A DNA stretch of 64,000 bases, from positions 288,001 to 352,000 of the forward strand of contig CAWFSF010000006.1 of NCBI GenBank assembly GCA_963818475.1, in the 5' to 3' direction. The DNA is from Nitrospirota bacterium. Lineage in GTDB: Bacteria > Nitrospirota > UBA9217. The notes under the pieces are model-generated. The model was not told the origin of the DNA. It saw nothing but the letters and a program-made list of their open reading frames with translations, and ran no database searches. Position numbers and translations under genes: made by a program. Of this stretch, positions 9,835 to 21,419 are shown piece by piece; the stretch's first letter is position 1; every line of letters starts with the position of its first letter.

Positions 9835-9914
9835 TTTGACACTGAAAAACATGATTTTATATGATGCCCCCAGATAGATCGGATCATAATAGATCAGTGT
9901 TAATCAGTGTCAAA
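9835..9914. repeat. Intergenic inverted-repeat element, TTTGACACTGA..TCAGTGTCAAA family
   Basis: Terminal inverted repeats shared with 27284, 32546 and 35324. Confidence 0.75.
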
Positions 9915-9949
9915 AAAAGCAAGCCTTGGGGTCTTCAGTTGCATTAACT

Positions 9950-10596
9950 ATGAAAAGCAAATTCAACAAAACCATACTAACGCTGGTTCTCCTGTCATGC
10001 GCCTTGTCATTCCTTCCCCGGGAAGGGCCGAGGAACCGCATTCTGCCGTGACGATCGAAAGCCTGCGCGCCGAGGTCGCCGCACTGGAGCAGGAAGCCGC
10101 GGTACTGGAGGAGGAGAACCAGGGGCTGCGCCAGATGGTGCAGTCGCTGGGCGACGACGAGGTTTACCTGGTCGTGGACACCGAGAGCAACCGCCTCTTC
10201 ATCCGCCAGGGGGAGCATGTCCTTCAGACCATCGTCGTGTCCACCGGCAGCCGTGAACTGGTGAAGGATGAGAGCGGCAGGAAATGGTTCTTTGAGAGCC
10301 CTACCGGCGTGCTGACCGTGCTCGGCAAGGAGCGGAACCCGGTCTGGATCAGGCCGGACTGGTCCTATGTGGAGGAGAACATGCCGATCCCGCCGAAGAA
10401 CGATCCCGACCGCATCGTTCGCGATGTGATGGGCAAGTACGCGCTGCTTCTCGGCAACGGGTACAAGCTCCACGGGACGACCTACAAGAGCCTCCTCGGC
10501 ACAGCCGTTACCCACGGATGCGTGTCCATGGATGACGACGACCTGGAAACGGTTTACAAAAGCGCCTCGATCGGCACGAAGGTGTATATTTATTAA
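9950..10596 (+). CDS. L,D-transpeptidase (YkuD) family protein; signal peptide separated by a frameshift
   Basis: LHGT..LG..VTHGCV motif; ATG at 9950 gives MKSKFNKTILTLVLLSCAL signal peptide in another frame. Confidence 0.85.
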
Positions 10597-10628
10597 CCCT
10601 GAACTTGGACAAGCCGGAACCAACCTTT

Positions 10629-10729
10629 ACCACGAAGACACGAAGTCGCGAAGAATGATAAAAACCGAAAGATACTGTTTAACTGATTACTATTAAGGCC
10701 GTACTTCGTGATCTTAGTGCCTTCGTGGC
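10629..10729. repeat. Empty shell of the CCACGAAG(ACACGAAG)n inverted-repeat element
   Basis: ACCACGAAGACACGAAGTCGCGAAG ... CTTCGTGATCTTAGTGCCTTCGTGGC. Confidence 0.8.
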
Positions 10730-10763
10730 ATAATGCTTGCTGTTGCGGCTGGAGGCCGCGCTA

Positions 10764-11278
10764 GTGGTGAAAAAAAAGACCGCTCAAATAACAGCCGGCC
10801 TGCTTCTGCTACTCTCGGTGTTCCTCATGGGAATGGACGGGACGGGGATGATGCCGGGCAGGACGGTCTAGCGGCCCGGCAGCGGGAGCTGCAGGCACGG
10901 ATCGAAGCGCTCAGGTCCGAGCAGGACCTGCTGCTTTTTCAGAAGCAGTTCTCCACCATGGATTCCCGGTATGTGGTCCTCGATCTGACCCGCGGCCGCG
11001 GCCAGTTGAAATACCGCTCGCGGGTGTTCCTGGATTTTACGTTCAAGCCTCTTCCGAAAAGTGTGATCCGGACCGTACCGCGGGGAGTGCGGTCGTTGAC
11101 CAAAAAGATCGAAGGAGACGACCGGTTTGCCCTGGTCTTCGGCCCGACCTTCGTACTGCGCACCAAAAACGCAGCCGCACCAAGTCGCGGCGTGCCCCAG
11201 CTCATCGTGCCGCCGAGGGAAATGCGCTCGATCTTTTTTGCGCTCGAAGAAGGATCGATCGCCTATATCCTGCGGTAA
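10764..11278 (+). CDS. Exported hypothetical protein, possibly a degenerate L,D-transpeptidase-like fold (frameshift after the signal peptide)
   Basis: GGAGG RBS and GTG start give MVKKKTAQITAGLLLLLSVF; same layout as the upstream LDT (coiled coil, YVVLDL, terminal GSIAYI) but no catalytic His/Cys. Confidence 0.5.
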
Positions 11279-11295
11279 GCGCAGCACGCTTCCCG

Positions 11296-12183
11296 TTATT
11301 TTTCGGCGAGGTCTCCCACGGGAGGGGCGCTGTAGATCGAGCATTTCAAGCCGTCCTTGCCGCTGTTCTTCACTTCGTACATGACCTCATCCGTAAGCTT
11401 GACCAGGTGGTTGACGGACTGCGGCGCGCTGTCGAAGGTCACCAGGCCGAAGCTGAACGTCACCGGCCAGTTGTTGGCTGTCATAAGCTCCAGCAGTTTT
11501 TCTCTGATCTTCTCAACTGCCGTCCGGGCCATATCGCTGCCCGTTTCCGGGAACAGAATGATGAACTCATCCCCGCCGAGCCGGGCCACGATGTCGGTCG
11601 CCCGTATGGAGTCGGCAATGGTCGCTACGACCAGCTTCAGCAGGCGGTCTCCCTCCTGGTGGCCCTTGTTGTCGTTCACGACCTTGAAATTGTCCAGGTC
11701 AAGGTAGGCAGCGCTGAAAATGTGGCGGTACCGCAGCGCCCGCTGGATCTCACGCTCCGCCAGTTCTGCGAAGTACCTGCTGTTGACCGCCCCGGTCAGA
11801 TAGTCGATCCTCCCCAGTTTCTGCTCCCGTTCCAGCGACGACCGCAACCCCGCCAGCACCGAGCTTGCCAGAAAAAAGAAGGAGAGTTCCATGAACAGGT
11901 TCCAGTAAGGGACGGCGGCATGGCGTCCGGTATGCTGCGAAAGAATATCGGCCAGAGACCAGGCAGCAGCGCTCAAGACAGACAAGCCGATGCCCGTGGC
12001 GGGTCCGGCAAACCAGGTGGCGAGCGAGACCGGGACCAGGTAAAAGATGAAGAGCGAAAGGTCCGGACCGGTCATATAGTCCAGGGCGCCGAGGACTGCG
12101 ATGAGCAGTGAGCCCAGGACCAGGATGGTAGTTCGGGACTGTTTCTCCAGAAAGGCATAGAGCGAAGGCATTGACCGTTTCAT
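11296..12183 (-). CDS. Membrane-bound diguanylate cyclase
   Basis: Four hydrophobic segments, DLDNFK.VND, RATD I-site, GGDEF. Confidence 0.92.
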   Translation of the reverse strand: MKRSMPSLYAFLEKQSRTTILVLGSLLIAVLGALDYMTGPDLSLFIFYLVPVSLATWFAGPATGIGLSVLSAAAWSLADILSQHTGRHAAVPYWNLFMELSFFFLASSVLAGLRSSLEREQKLGRIDYLTGAVNSRYFAELAEREIQRALRYRHIFSAAYLDLDNFKVVNDNKGHQEGDRLLKLVVATIADSIRATDIVARLGGDEFIILFPETGSDMARTAVEKIREKLLELMTANNWPVTFSFGLVTFDSAPQSVNHLVKLTDEVMYEVKNSGKDGLKCSIYSAPPVGDLAEK

Positions 12184-12283
12184 AGTCAAAGCTTAGTTGA
12201 TAATCCTTAAAAAATCAAGCAGAAGGCAGGTTTTTGACTCATTTTCGGTTTGACTCGCGGCGATTTCGCGGTATAATGCCGCC

Positions 12284-13694
12284 ATGCGCGAACTCACGAA
12301 GGGCGAAGATTTTTACGACGGGACGGCTTTGCTGGGCGATCCGGTGCACGGCTATATTTCATTCATCACGCCGAGAACAGCGGGAGAAAAGACTGAAAAA
12401 GACCTTATCGACACGCCCTGGATGCAGCGGCTGCGCCAGATCTACCAGCTGCAGAGCGCCCGCTGGGTCTACCCCTCGGCGGAGCACAGCCGCTTCCAGC
12501 ATTCGCTGGGTGCGATGCACCTGGCCGGCCGGTTCGCCCGCCATCTCTATCCTTCGCTCAAGGCCGCGGTCCCCGACTGCCCCTCGGCCAATTATCATAG
12601 AAGAGCTCCTTCGCGTTACCGCGCTGCTGCACGATGTCGGCCACGGCCCCTTCGGTCATTTCTTCGACGACAACTATCTCGAACAGTTCGGATTGACGCA
12701 TGAGAAGCTCGGCCAGCATATCATCAGGACCGAACTTGCCGACGTCATCAAGGCGATCCGCCGCAGCCCTTCCGGCGATTTCTCGAAAAAAGAAAAACTG
12801 GACCCCGATCAGGTCGCGTTCCTCATCGGCAAAGGCGCCCAATCTCCGGCCCGGCAGCCCAAGTGGCTCGTATTTCTCCAGCCCCTGCTCTCGGGCATCT
12901 ACACGGTGGACAATCTCGATTATGTGCTGCGCGATGCCTACATGTGCGGCGTTGCCGTCGGCGCCGTGGACATCGACCGCCTCATGTACTACACCTTTTT
13001 TACCGACAAAGGACTTACGCTGCACAAATCCGGCCTTACGGCGCTCAACATGTTCCTGAACGCGCGGCTCTACATGTACACCAATGTGTATTACCACCGG
13101 ACCACGAGGGCCATCGACGAACATTTGAAGGAACTGTTCAAGGAGACCATGGCTGCGCTGTTCCCCTACAATCCCGCGGAGAATCTAGCCGAGTACCTGG
13201 AACTTACGGACTGGACGCTGCTCGAAGCGGTGAGACGGTGGGGCAAGGACGAGCAGGGACCGATGTCCTCCCTGGGCCGCGAATGGGCCGCCATCCTCTC
13301 GCGCGAGGTCAAATGGAAGATGGCCTACGATGTGACGCTCTCGATGCGCGCTTTTGAAAAAGGAAAGACCATCATCGACAAGGCCGAGTTGGTCAAACGG
13401 ATCAAGAAAATTCTTCCCCCGCATTTGAAGGACCTGCAGTTCGCCGTGGACATGGCGAGCCAGGACCCGCGTCCCATCAATCCGCTCATGATGGGCGAGC
13501 GGCAGATCCACGTTTTCAATCCCTCGACACGAAAAGTGGAAAAGGAACCGCTCAAGGATTTTTTCGATTATATTCCCGCCCGCGTTGTGCAGTGCCGGGT
13601 ATTCACCCTGAACCACGACCATGACCGGCACCTTGCCGATATTGTCGAGCGCGTTCTGGGGATTCAGGAAGAGAGCAGCAAGACGAACGTTTGA
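12284..13694 (+). CDS. HD-superfamily phosphohydrolase (dNTPase/SAMHD1-like), frameshift near 12590
   Basis: DPVHG, QRLRQIYQL, HSRFQHSLG, ALLHDVGHGPFGH, D.LDY..RD, VYYH. Confidence 0.88.
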
Positions 13695-13746
13695 CCGTGG
13701 CGGCAGGGTTGCCTTCCCGCGCGAAGCTCCCTGCCCTGAGACCGTT

Positions 13747-16190
13747 ATGCAGAACAAAAAGAACCCTCCAAAAAAAACAACCCCGAAGCCAACGGCCGCA
13801 GAGAATGCCGCTGTGCCAACCGCTGCCGCTCTTTCGTCCGGCGACCCGAACGCGATCGTCGCTCACTTGCTGAAACGTGAGCAGTTCTTGAGCGAATCCC
13901 TCCATGCGGCTGAAGAGCGAAGAAAATGGGCGGAAACGGTCCTGGCTGCCATGGGCGACGCCATGAGCATCCAGGACCGCCAGTATAAGGTACTGTACCA
14001 GAACCGGGCGCACATCGATCTTATCGGCTCCCATGCGGGAGAATACTGCTACCGGGCGTACCACGGGCGGGACGCCGTGTGCGATGGCTGTCCCGTGGCC
14101 ATGAGCTTCGATGACGGAAAGCCGCATACCGTCGAGCGCTCGAATGCGAAGGCGCCGGGAACTCTGCAGATGGAGATCATGGCCTCGCCGCTTTTGGACA
14201 GCGCCGGAACGGTCATCGCCGGCATCGAGGTGGCGCGGAACGTGACCCCGCGGTGGCGGGCCGAGAATTCACTCCGGGAAGAGCGGAATTTCGTCAATGC
14301 CGTGCTTGATACCGTGGCATCGCTGGTGCTGGTCCTTGACACGGACGGGCGGATCGTCAGGTTCAACCGGGCCTGCGAACAGCTTACGGGTTACACCTTC
14401 GAGGAAGTGCAGAATGAACATGTCTGGGACCTGTTCATTCTGCCAGAAGAAGCAGCGGGCGTCAAAGGCGTATTCAAAAACCTGAAGGCGGGCATGTTCC
14501 CGAATAGCCATGTCAATTACTGGCGCATCCGCGATGGGAGCAGCCGGCTCATTTCCTGGTCCAATACAGCGCTGCTGAACGATGCAGGCGGCGTCCAGTT
14601 CGTGATCCCCACGGGGATCGACATCACCAACCAGCGCCGTATGGAAGAATCCCTGGCCACGGAAAAGGAACGGCTCGCCGTGACCCTCCGGAGCATCGGT
14701 GACGGCGTCATCACCACGGATACCGAGGGGCGGGTGGTGCTGGTCAACAAGGTCGCCGAATTGCTGACGGGATGGACGCAGGAGCAATCTCTCGGGAAAC
14801 AGCTGGGAGCGATATTCAACATCGTTCACGAAAAGACCCGGAAGCCCCTGACGGCCCCGATAGCGCAGGTGCTCAGCACCGGCAGGATCGCGGAGCTGAT
14901 GAACCATACGGTCCTGATCTCCCGCGACAAAACGGAACGGATCATTGAGGACAGTGCCGCCCCGATCACGGACAGTTCCGGCGCGATCATCGGCGTGGTC
15001 CTGGCGTTCCGGGATGTTACGGAGAAAAAACTGGTCGAAGCCGAGCTCGCCAAGGCTGAGCGTGTCGAGTCCATCGGCGTGCTTGCCGGCGGGATCGCGC
15101 ACGACTATAACAATCTGCTTACCTCGATCCTCGGCAATATAAATCTTGCGCGGACACTGGTACAACGTTCCGATATTGAAAAGGCGGCGGCGCGGCTTGC
15201 CGAAGCTGAGCGGGCGTCCCTGCGGGCCAAGGACCTGACCCGGCAGCTTTTGACCTTCTCGAAAGGGGGGGCCCCGGTCAAAAAGGCGGCCTCCATAGCC
15301 GAGCTCATCAGGGAATCAGCGCTCTTCGCCCTCCGGGGGACGAACGTTGAGTCCGTCTTTACCATTCCCGCAGATCTCTGGACGCTGGAGGTGGATGAAG
15401 GGCAGATAAGCCAGGTCATCAATAACCTCATCATCAACGCGGTCCAGGCAATGCCCGGCGGAGGCGGGACCATCCAGGTCCGGGCCAGGAATGTCGACAG
15501 TCAGGCAAGGCGATGCGCTGCCGCTTACGCCGGGGAGTTACGTGCTCGTCGAGATCGAGGACCAGGGATACGGCATACCGCAGGAGAACCTCAAACGGAT
15601 CTTCGACCCCTATTTTACGACCAAAGAACGCGGCAGCGGTCTCGGTCTGGCGACCAGTTTTTCCATCATTAAAAAACATGACGGGCATATCGCCGTGGAT
15701 TCGGTCCTGAAGGCCGGCACGACGTTCCGCATCTATCTGCCGGCGTTTCACGGGGAGGTCGTTCAGGAAGCGGCACCCATGGAGCGGAGCCATGGGGGGA
15801 CTGGGACTGGACGAGTCCTCGTCATGGACGACGATGCGCTGCTCCGGGAGGTGGCCGGGGAAATGCTGACGAGCCTGGGGTACGAGGCGGAAACCGCCAG
15901 GGACGGAGTAGAGGCTGTCCAGTTGTATCAACCAGGCCCGCAAGGAAGGCCGGCCCTTCGCTGCCGTTATCATGGACATTACCGTTCCCGGCGGCATGGG
16001 CGGCAAGGACGCGGTGACGCTCCTGCGCAAGGTCGATCCGTCGGTGAAGGCGATCGTTTCGAGTGGATATTCCAATGATTCCATCCTTGCGGATTTCCGT
16101 TCCTACGGCTTCAGCGGAGTGCTCGTGAAACCCTACCAGGTCCAGGAATTGGGCGCGGCGCTCAGCGCCGTCTTGCAGCGAAAAGACTGA
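13747..16190 (+). CDS. Multi-PAS hybrid sensor histidine kinase with receiver domain (two frameshifts)
   Basis: Three PAS domains, GGIAHDYNNLL, NL.INA, DQGYG, FDPYFTTK..GSGLGL, receiver VLVMDD..MD..SSGY..KPY. Confidence 0.9.
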
Positions 16191-16336
16191 AGGAAAAGCA
16201 GACCGCATCGGCAGTAATAATGAGGTATAAACGGGATGTGAAAAAGGATCGTTTAATTTTTTTTGCCGCTGCATAGTGACTCAAGTATGCAGCTCCCACT
16301 GCTGGTTCTGCTGGCAAGGGAATAGAAAAGAGTACC

Positions 16337-17844
16337 GTGAGCAGATACAAAGACATATATGTCATCATGACGGTCACGATCGTGGCTGGTATCAGTGCCT
16401 GGATATCCGATGCTGCCTATGATGCCTACATCGCCCACAAGGGCCCCTTCTGGGTCATTCTCACGGATGCTTACAGTCATGAACCTTTTCTCCGTCTTTT
16501 CCTCGTGGCAGGTTTTCTGGTTTTCGGCATCACCCTTTCGGTTATTCTCGCGAAGCGGAACAAGCTCTCGGAACGTATGCCGGGTGAATTCGACGGCCAT
16601 CGAGTCGTCCATGGACGGGATCGCGATCTACGATCGTGACGATAAATATATGTATGTGAATCAGGCCTATGCAAAGCTCAATGGGTACGACAGCCCGTCC
16701 GAGATCATCGGGAAGACCTACCACCTGATGTATGACGAACAGGAACGGGCACGGATGGAACAGATCTGCGCGCCGGCGCTCAGGAAAAACGGCACGTGGC
16801 GCGGCGAGCTGCATGCCACCAGAAAAAACGGCAGCACGTACTACCAGGAAGCATCGGTCACCATGCTCGAGGACGGCGGCCGCATCTACATCGTCCGCGA
16901 CATCTCCTGGCGCAAGCGGGGCGAGGCGCGGCTGCAGCGGTCGGAGCGTTTTTTGAACACCATTTTCGACAGCATCCGCGATCCCTTCTGCATCTTCGAC
17001 CGCGATTTCCAGATCATCCGCGTCAACGACGCCTATGCGCAGATGAAGAACCTGCCCTTGAAGGAGCTGCTCGGTAAAAAATGCTATGAGGTGCTGCACA
17101 ACGGGACCACGGTCTGCGACAACTGCGTCGTGCAGAAGTCGCTTCAATCTGCCGATCCCTGCGCCAAGGACAAGCTCGTCACGCTTCCGAACGGCGACGA
17201 AGTATGGTTTGAGATCTACACGTATCCGATCCTGGATGAGGACGGGAAGGTTTCGCATGTCATCGAGTACACCCGGGACATTACGGACCGCAAGAAGTCA
17301 GAGGCAGACCGTCGGCGCATGATCGAGAAGCTGGAATACCTTTCGAGGACCGACGCGCTGACGGGGTTGATGAACCGGCGGGCGCTGACCGACAGCCTGC
17401 TGTACGAGCTCGACCGGTCCAGACGGTATGATTCAGACCTGTCCCTGATCCTCTGCGATATCGATGATTTTAAGGAGATCAACGATACCTACGGGCATGA
17501 CGCCGGAGACCGCGCTCTCCAGACCCTGTGCTGCGACCTTGACGACGATTCTGCGAAAGACGGACATCGCGGGCAGATACGGCGGGGACGAGTTCATGCT
17601 TATCCTGCCGGAGACCTCGGTCGAGGGGGCTGAGATCCTTGCAGGGAAACTGCTCGATGCGCTCGACGGGATGGACCTCGATTTTATCGGAGGAGAAAAA
17701 CGCACGCTGTCGATCAGCATCGGCATCGCCGGACTTGAGACGAAGAACGATACCATCGATACGCTCGTCAAGCGCGCCGACGAGGCCATGTATATTTCAA
17801 AACATTCGGGCAAGAGCAAGACTTCTTCGGCCCCCGGGGCATAA
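16337..17844 (+). CDS. TM-PAS-PAS diguanylate cyclase (two frameshifts)
   Basis: TM helices at 16337-16560, PAS domains, TDALTGLMNRR, DIDDFKEINDTYGH, RKTD..GGDEF. Confidence 0.88.
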
Positions 17845-17851
17845 AGTGGAT

Positions 17852-17964
17852 GAATGCAAAAGGCAAAGTGCAAAATGCGAACGTTAGGTAAATTGATACA
17901 AAGTCCAAAGTCCGCTTTCCGTTCCAATTTTGCAGGTTGAAATTTGCACTTTACTTTTTGCACT
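17852..17964. repeat. Inverted heptamer tandem repeats (TGCAAAA/TGCAAAG-type)
   Basis: AATGCAA AAGGCAA AGTGCAA AATGCGA ... TTTGCAC TTTACTT TTTGCAC. Confidence 0.6.
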
Positions 17965-17983
17965 ATCCTTTTATTCCCGCCCG

Positions 17984-19820
17984 CTACCGCAATCCCCGCA
18001 TCTCCTTCACTTTCGCGATGATCGCATTCTTCGAGATGTCCTCGTAATCGAGCAGCTCTCCGGGTTTTCCGCTTTTCGGCATCCTGCGCACGGCAAGAGC
18101 GTAGACCGGCACCGGATGTTCGGAAAGCGCGCTTCTGACCGCTTCGCCGATTCCCCCCTCGGCAACATGGTCCTCGACCGTGATGATCGCCCCCGTATCA
18201 TCTGCGGAACGGGCAAGCGTTGCCGCATCGATCGGCTTGATGCTGTACAGGTCGATGATGCGGATCATGACCCCTGCCTTCTTCAGCTCTTCATAGGCCT
18301 TGAGCGCCTCATGCACGGTGATGCCTGCGCCGACCACCGTGGCGACATCCTTTTTGCTCGACCGTAGTATCTTGGACCCGCCGATCCAGAAGGCTTCGTC
18401 ATTACGGTAAATGATGGGCGTGGCCTGCCGCGTGGTCCGCAGATAGGCAATGCCTGTGTGCTGTGCCATCTTTTCGACAAGCTTTTCCGTTGACACGGCA
18501 TCGGAAGGATAGAGCACGACACTGTTTTGCAGCGTTCTGAACATTGCAATGTCCTCGAGGCCCATCTGGGACGAACCGTCTTCGCCGATCGAAACTCCGG
18601 CATGGGAGCCGCAGAACTTGATGTTGGCAAGCGAATACTGGCTCATGCGTATCTGGTCAAAGGCGCGGGTCAGGAAGGCGGCGAAGGTCGATACGAAGGG
18701 GATCTTGCCGCGGATGGACAGGCCGAGCGCCGTGCCGACCATGTTCTGTTCCGCAATGAACATCTCGAAGAAACGCTCCGGGTACTTCGCCTTGAATATC
18801 TCGGCATAGGTCGAGTTGCTCACCTCGGCATCGAGAACGATCATGTCCGGGAAAAAAGGGAAGATCCGTTCCAGTGCCGTGCCATAGGCGTGCCTCGTGG
18901 CAACGGATGGTGTTCGATGCATAGGAGACCGGCTGCAGGGGAAGCGCTTCCTGTTACTCCCGGCTTGAAGCTCTTCGAGGTTTTGTGATCCGGCCCACCA
19001 GCGTCTTGTCAACAGGGCCAAGCTCTGCTATCGCTCGCACAAGCTCTTCCTTGTTGAGGGTCTTTCCGTGCCACCCGTTCTTGTCCTCGATAAAGGAGAC
19101 GCCTTTGCCCTTCAAGGTCTTGGCGATGATCATGACGGGCTTGTCCCTGGCTTCTGTTGCCTGTTTGAATGCCGTAAGGATCTGGGGCAGATGATGTCCG
19201 TCAATGACGATGGGCTCCCATCCGAAGGCAGACACCCGGTTCTTATACACCGAGAGGTCATGTCCGTACATGGTCTCCCCGCGCTGGCCCAGCCGGTTCA
19301 CGTCCATGATGCCCACGAGGTTGTCCAGCTTGTAGTAAGCGGCGAGTTCCATGGCTTCCCATTGCGAACCCTCGGCCATCTCGCTGTCACCGAGAAGCAC
19401 ATAGGTGCGGTAGGGCAGCTTATCGATATATTTCGCGTTCAGCGCCATGCCCAGTCCGATCGAAAGGCCCTGTCCGAGCGAGCCGGTTGCCGCCTCGGTA
19501 TACCGGAAGGCCGGCGTGGGATGGCCTTCAAAGGGGCTGTTGAACTTTCTGAAGGTCAGGAGTTCCTGCTCTGTTACCTTTCCGGCAGCTGCCCAGATCG
19601 AATAAAAGAGCGGCGATGCGTGGCCTTTGGAAAAGATGAGGCGGTCGTTGTTCGGCATGCGCGGGTTGTCCAGGTCGAACCTGAAGGCGCCGCCGAAGAG
19701 GAGTCCGGTCATCAGATCTGCTGCGGACAGGGAGGACGTCGGATGTCCCGAGCCTGCCTCGGTTGACATGACGAGGCTGTAGTAGCGGATGAGTCTGGCA
19801 ATGCTTTCAAGGTTGTTCAT
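17984..19820 (-). CDS. tkt: Transketolase (frameshifted near 18950)
   Basis: GSGHPTSSLS, SKGHA, TGSLGQG, GDSE..EG, IAEQNM, SHAGVSIGEDG. Confidence 0.93.
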
Positions 19821-19859
19821 GGGGCCTCCGGAAAAACCAAAATTTATTAACGGCAGTTG

Positions 19860-19893
19860 GCCGCAGATGTACGCAGATTAACTGCAGATAAAA
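19860..19893. repeat. GCCGCAGAT..ACGCAGAT short tandem repeat (end of a GxxExxY-type shell)
   Basis: GCCGCAGATGTACGCAGATTAACTGCAGATAAAA between nuoN and tkt. Confidence 0.5.
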
Positions 19894-19985
19894 CCAGAGA
19901 TTAAGGTGGAAAAAACTTTACGATAAAATGTTGTTAGATTTTACCGGCGTCCAAATGTTCCCTCACATCTGTCAGCTCAATCGGA

Positions 19986-21419
19986 TCAATAATGCATTGC
20001 ACTCTTTATTATTTCTATCATCGGTCCGGGATACACGCCAAGCCAGATCAGCAGAACCATAAGACACGTAAGAACTGCGCTTCCGAATCTCGATGAAGGA
20101 ACAGCGGGCTCGGCTGACTGTCCTTCCGCCTGTTCAAAGAGCGCCGCGATGATGCGCAGATAGTAGAACAGGCCGATGGCGCTGTTGATGACGAGGACGA
20201 TGACCAGTGCCCAGAGGGACGATTCCGCGCCTGCACCCACCACATAGAACTTGCCGACGAATCCGGCGGTGAGCGGGATGCCTGCGAGCGAGAACAGCAT
20301 GGCGCTGAAAACTGCGGCAAGCCAGGGACGGCGCCAGGCGAGGCCCTGGTAGTCTTCCATGAGGTCGGCGTCACGGTCCTTGCCCGAGACCACGCTTACC
20401 ACGCCGAAAGCGCCGATGGTGGTGATGAAGTAGGCGACGAGGTAAAAGGCGGATGCCGAGATCGCCATGGGTCCGCTTGCCAGAAGCGTTACGAGCAGAT
20501 ACCCGAGATGGGAGATGGACGAGTATGCCAGAATGCGTTTGACGTTGTTCTGCTTCAGAGCGAGCAGGTTGCCAACGAACATCGACGCGATGGCAACGGC
20601 GCTCATGATCAGGAGCAGGGCTGGGCCGTTCATGGATGTCGATGCTCGTAAAGATCCGGAGAAGCACCGCAAAGACCGCGCCCTTTTGATATGGTTGCCA
20701 CGAATGCGGTCACCGGTGCAGGCGCTCCCTCGTATACGTCAGGCGTCCAGAGATGGAAAGGAACGACTGCAAGCTTGAACCCGAGACCTGCCAGGACCAT
20801 GGCGAGCCCGGCTGTCAGCGGCAAACCGTATGTTCCGGGAGCGCCGATGCGGGAAGCGATGTGGGTGAAGGTCATGCTGCCGGTCTCGGCATATACGAGC
20901 GCCATGCCGAAGAGTAGTACTCCTGACGAGGCAGCGGCCAGGATCAGGTATTTGACGCCTGCCTCGGTGCTCCGGAGGCTGTGGCGATGGTAGGCGGTCA
21001 AGGCATAGAGCGATACGCTCAAGCAGTTCGATGCCGAGGAAGAGCGATGCAAAGTGCGTGGCAGCGGTCAGCACCATTGCTCCCAGCGTTGCCAGGAGCA
21101 GCAAAAGATAGAACTCCTCCCGTTCGCCGGTACGGCCTTCAAAGTAGGAATAAGACAAGGCAGCGACTGCAAAGGTGCCGATCACGATCAACCCCAGAAA
21201 GAACAGGGCGTAGTAGTCGATCCTGATGAGCGAGGTTACTTCACGGGGCACGGTACAGATGGCTCCGCTAATGCTTGCAAGCGTCAAGGCAAGGCCTGAG
21301 AGCGTCAGGACCACGGTCAGCAAATGGCTGCGGCGCAGGGCGATCGCGAGCATGACCACGATGGCGGTGATCGACAGCATGATGAAGGGTGAAAGGGCGG
21401 TCAGGTCTCCCATGTTCAT
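19986..21419 (-). CDS. nuoN: NADH-quinone oxidoreductase subunit N (frameshifts)
   Basis: [51 protein letters not shown]. Confidence 0.93.
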
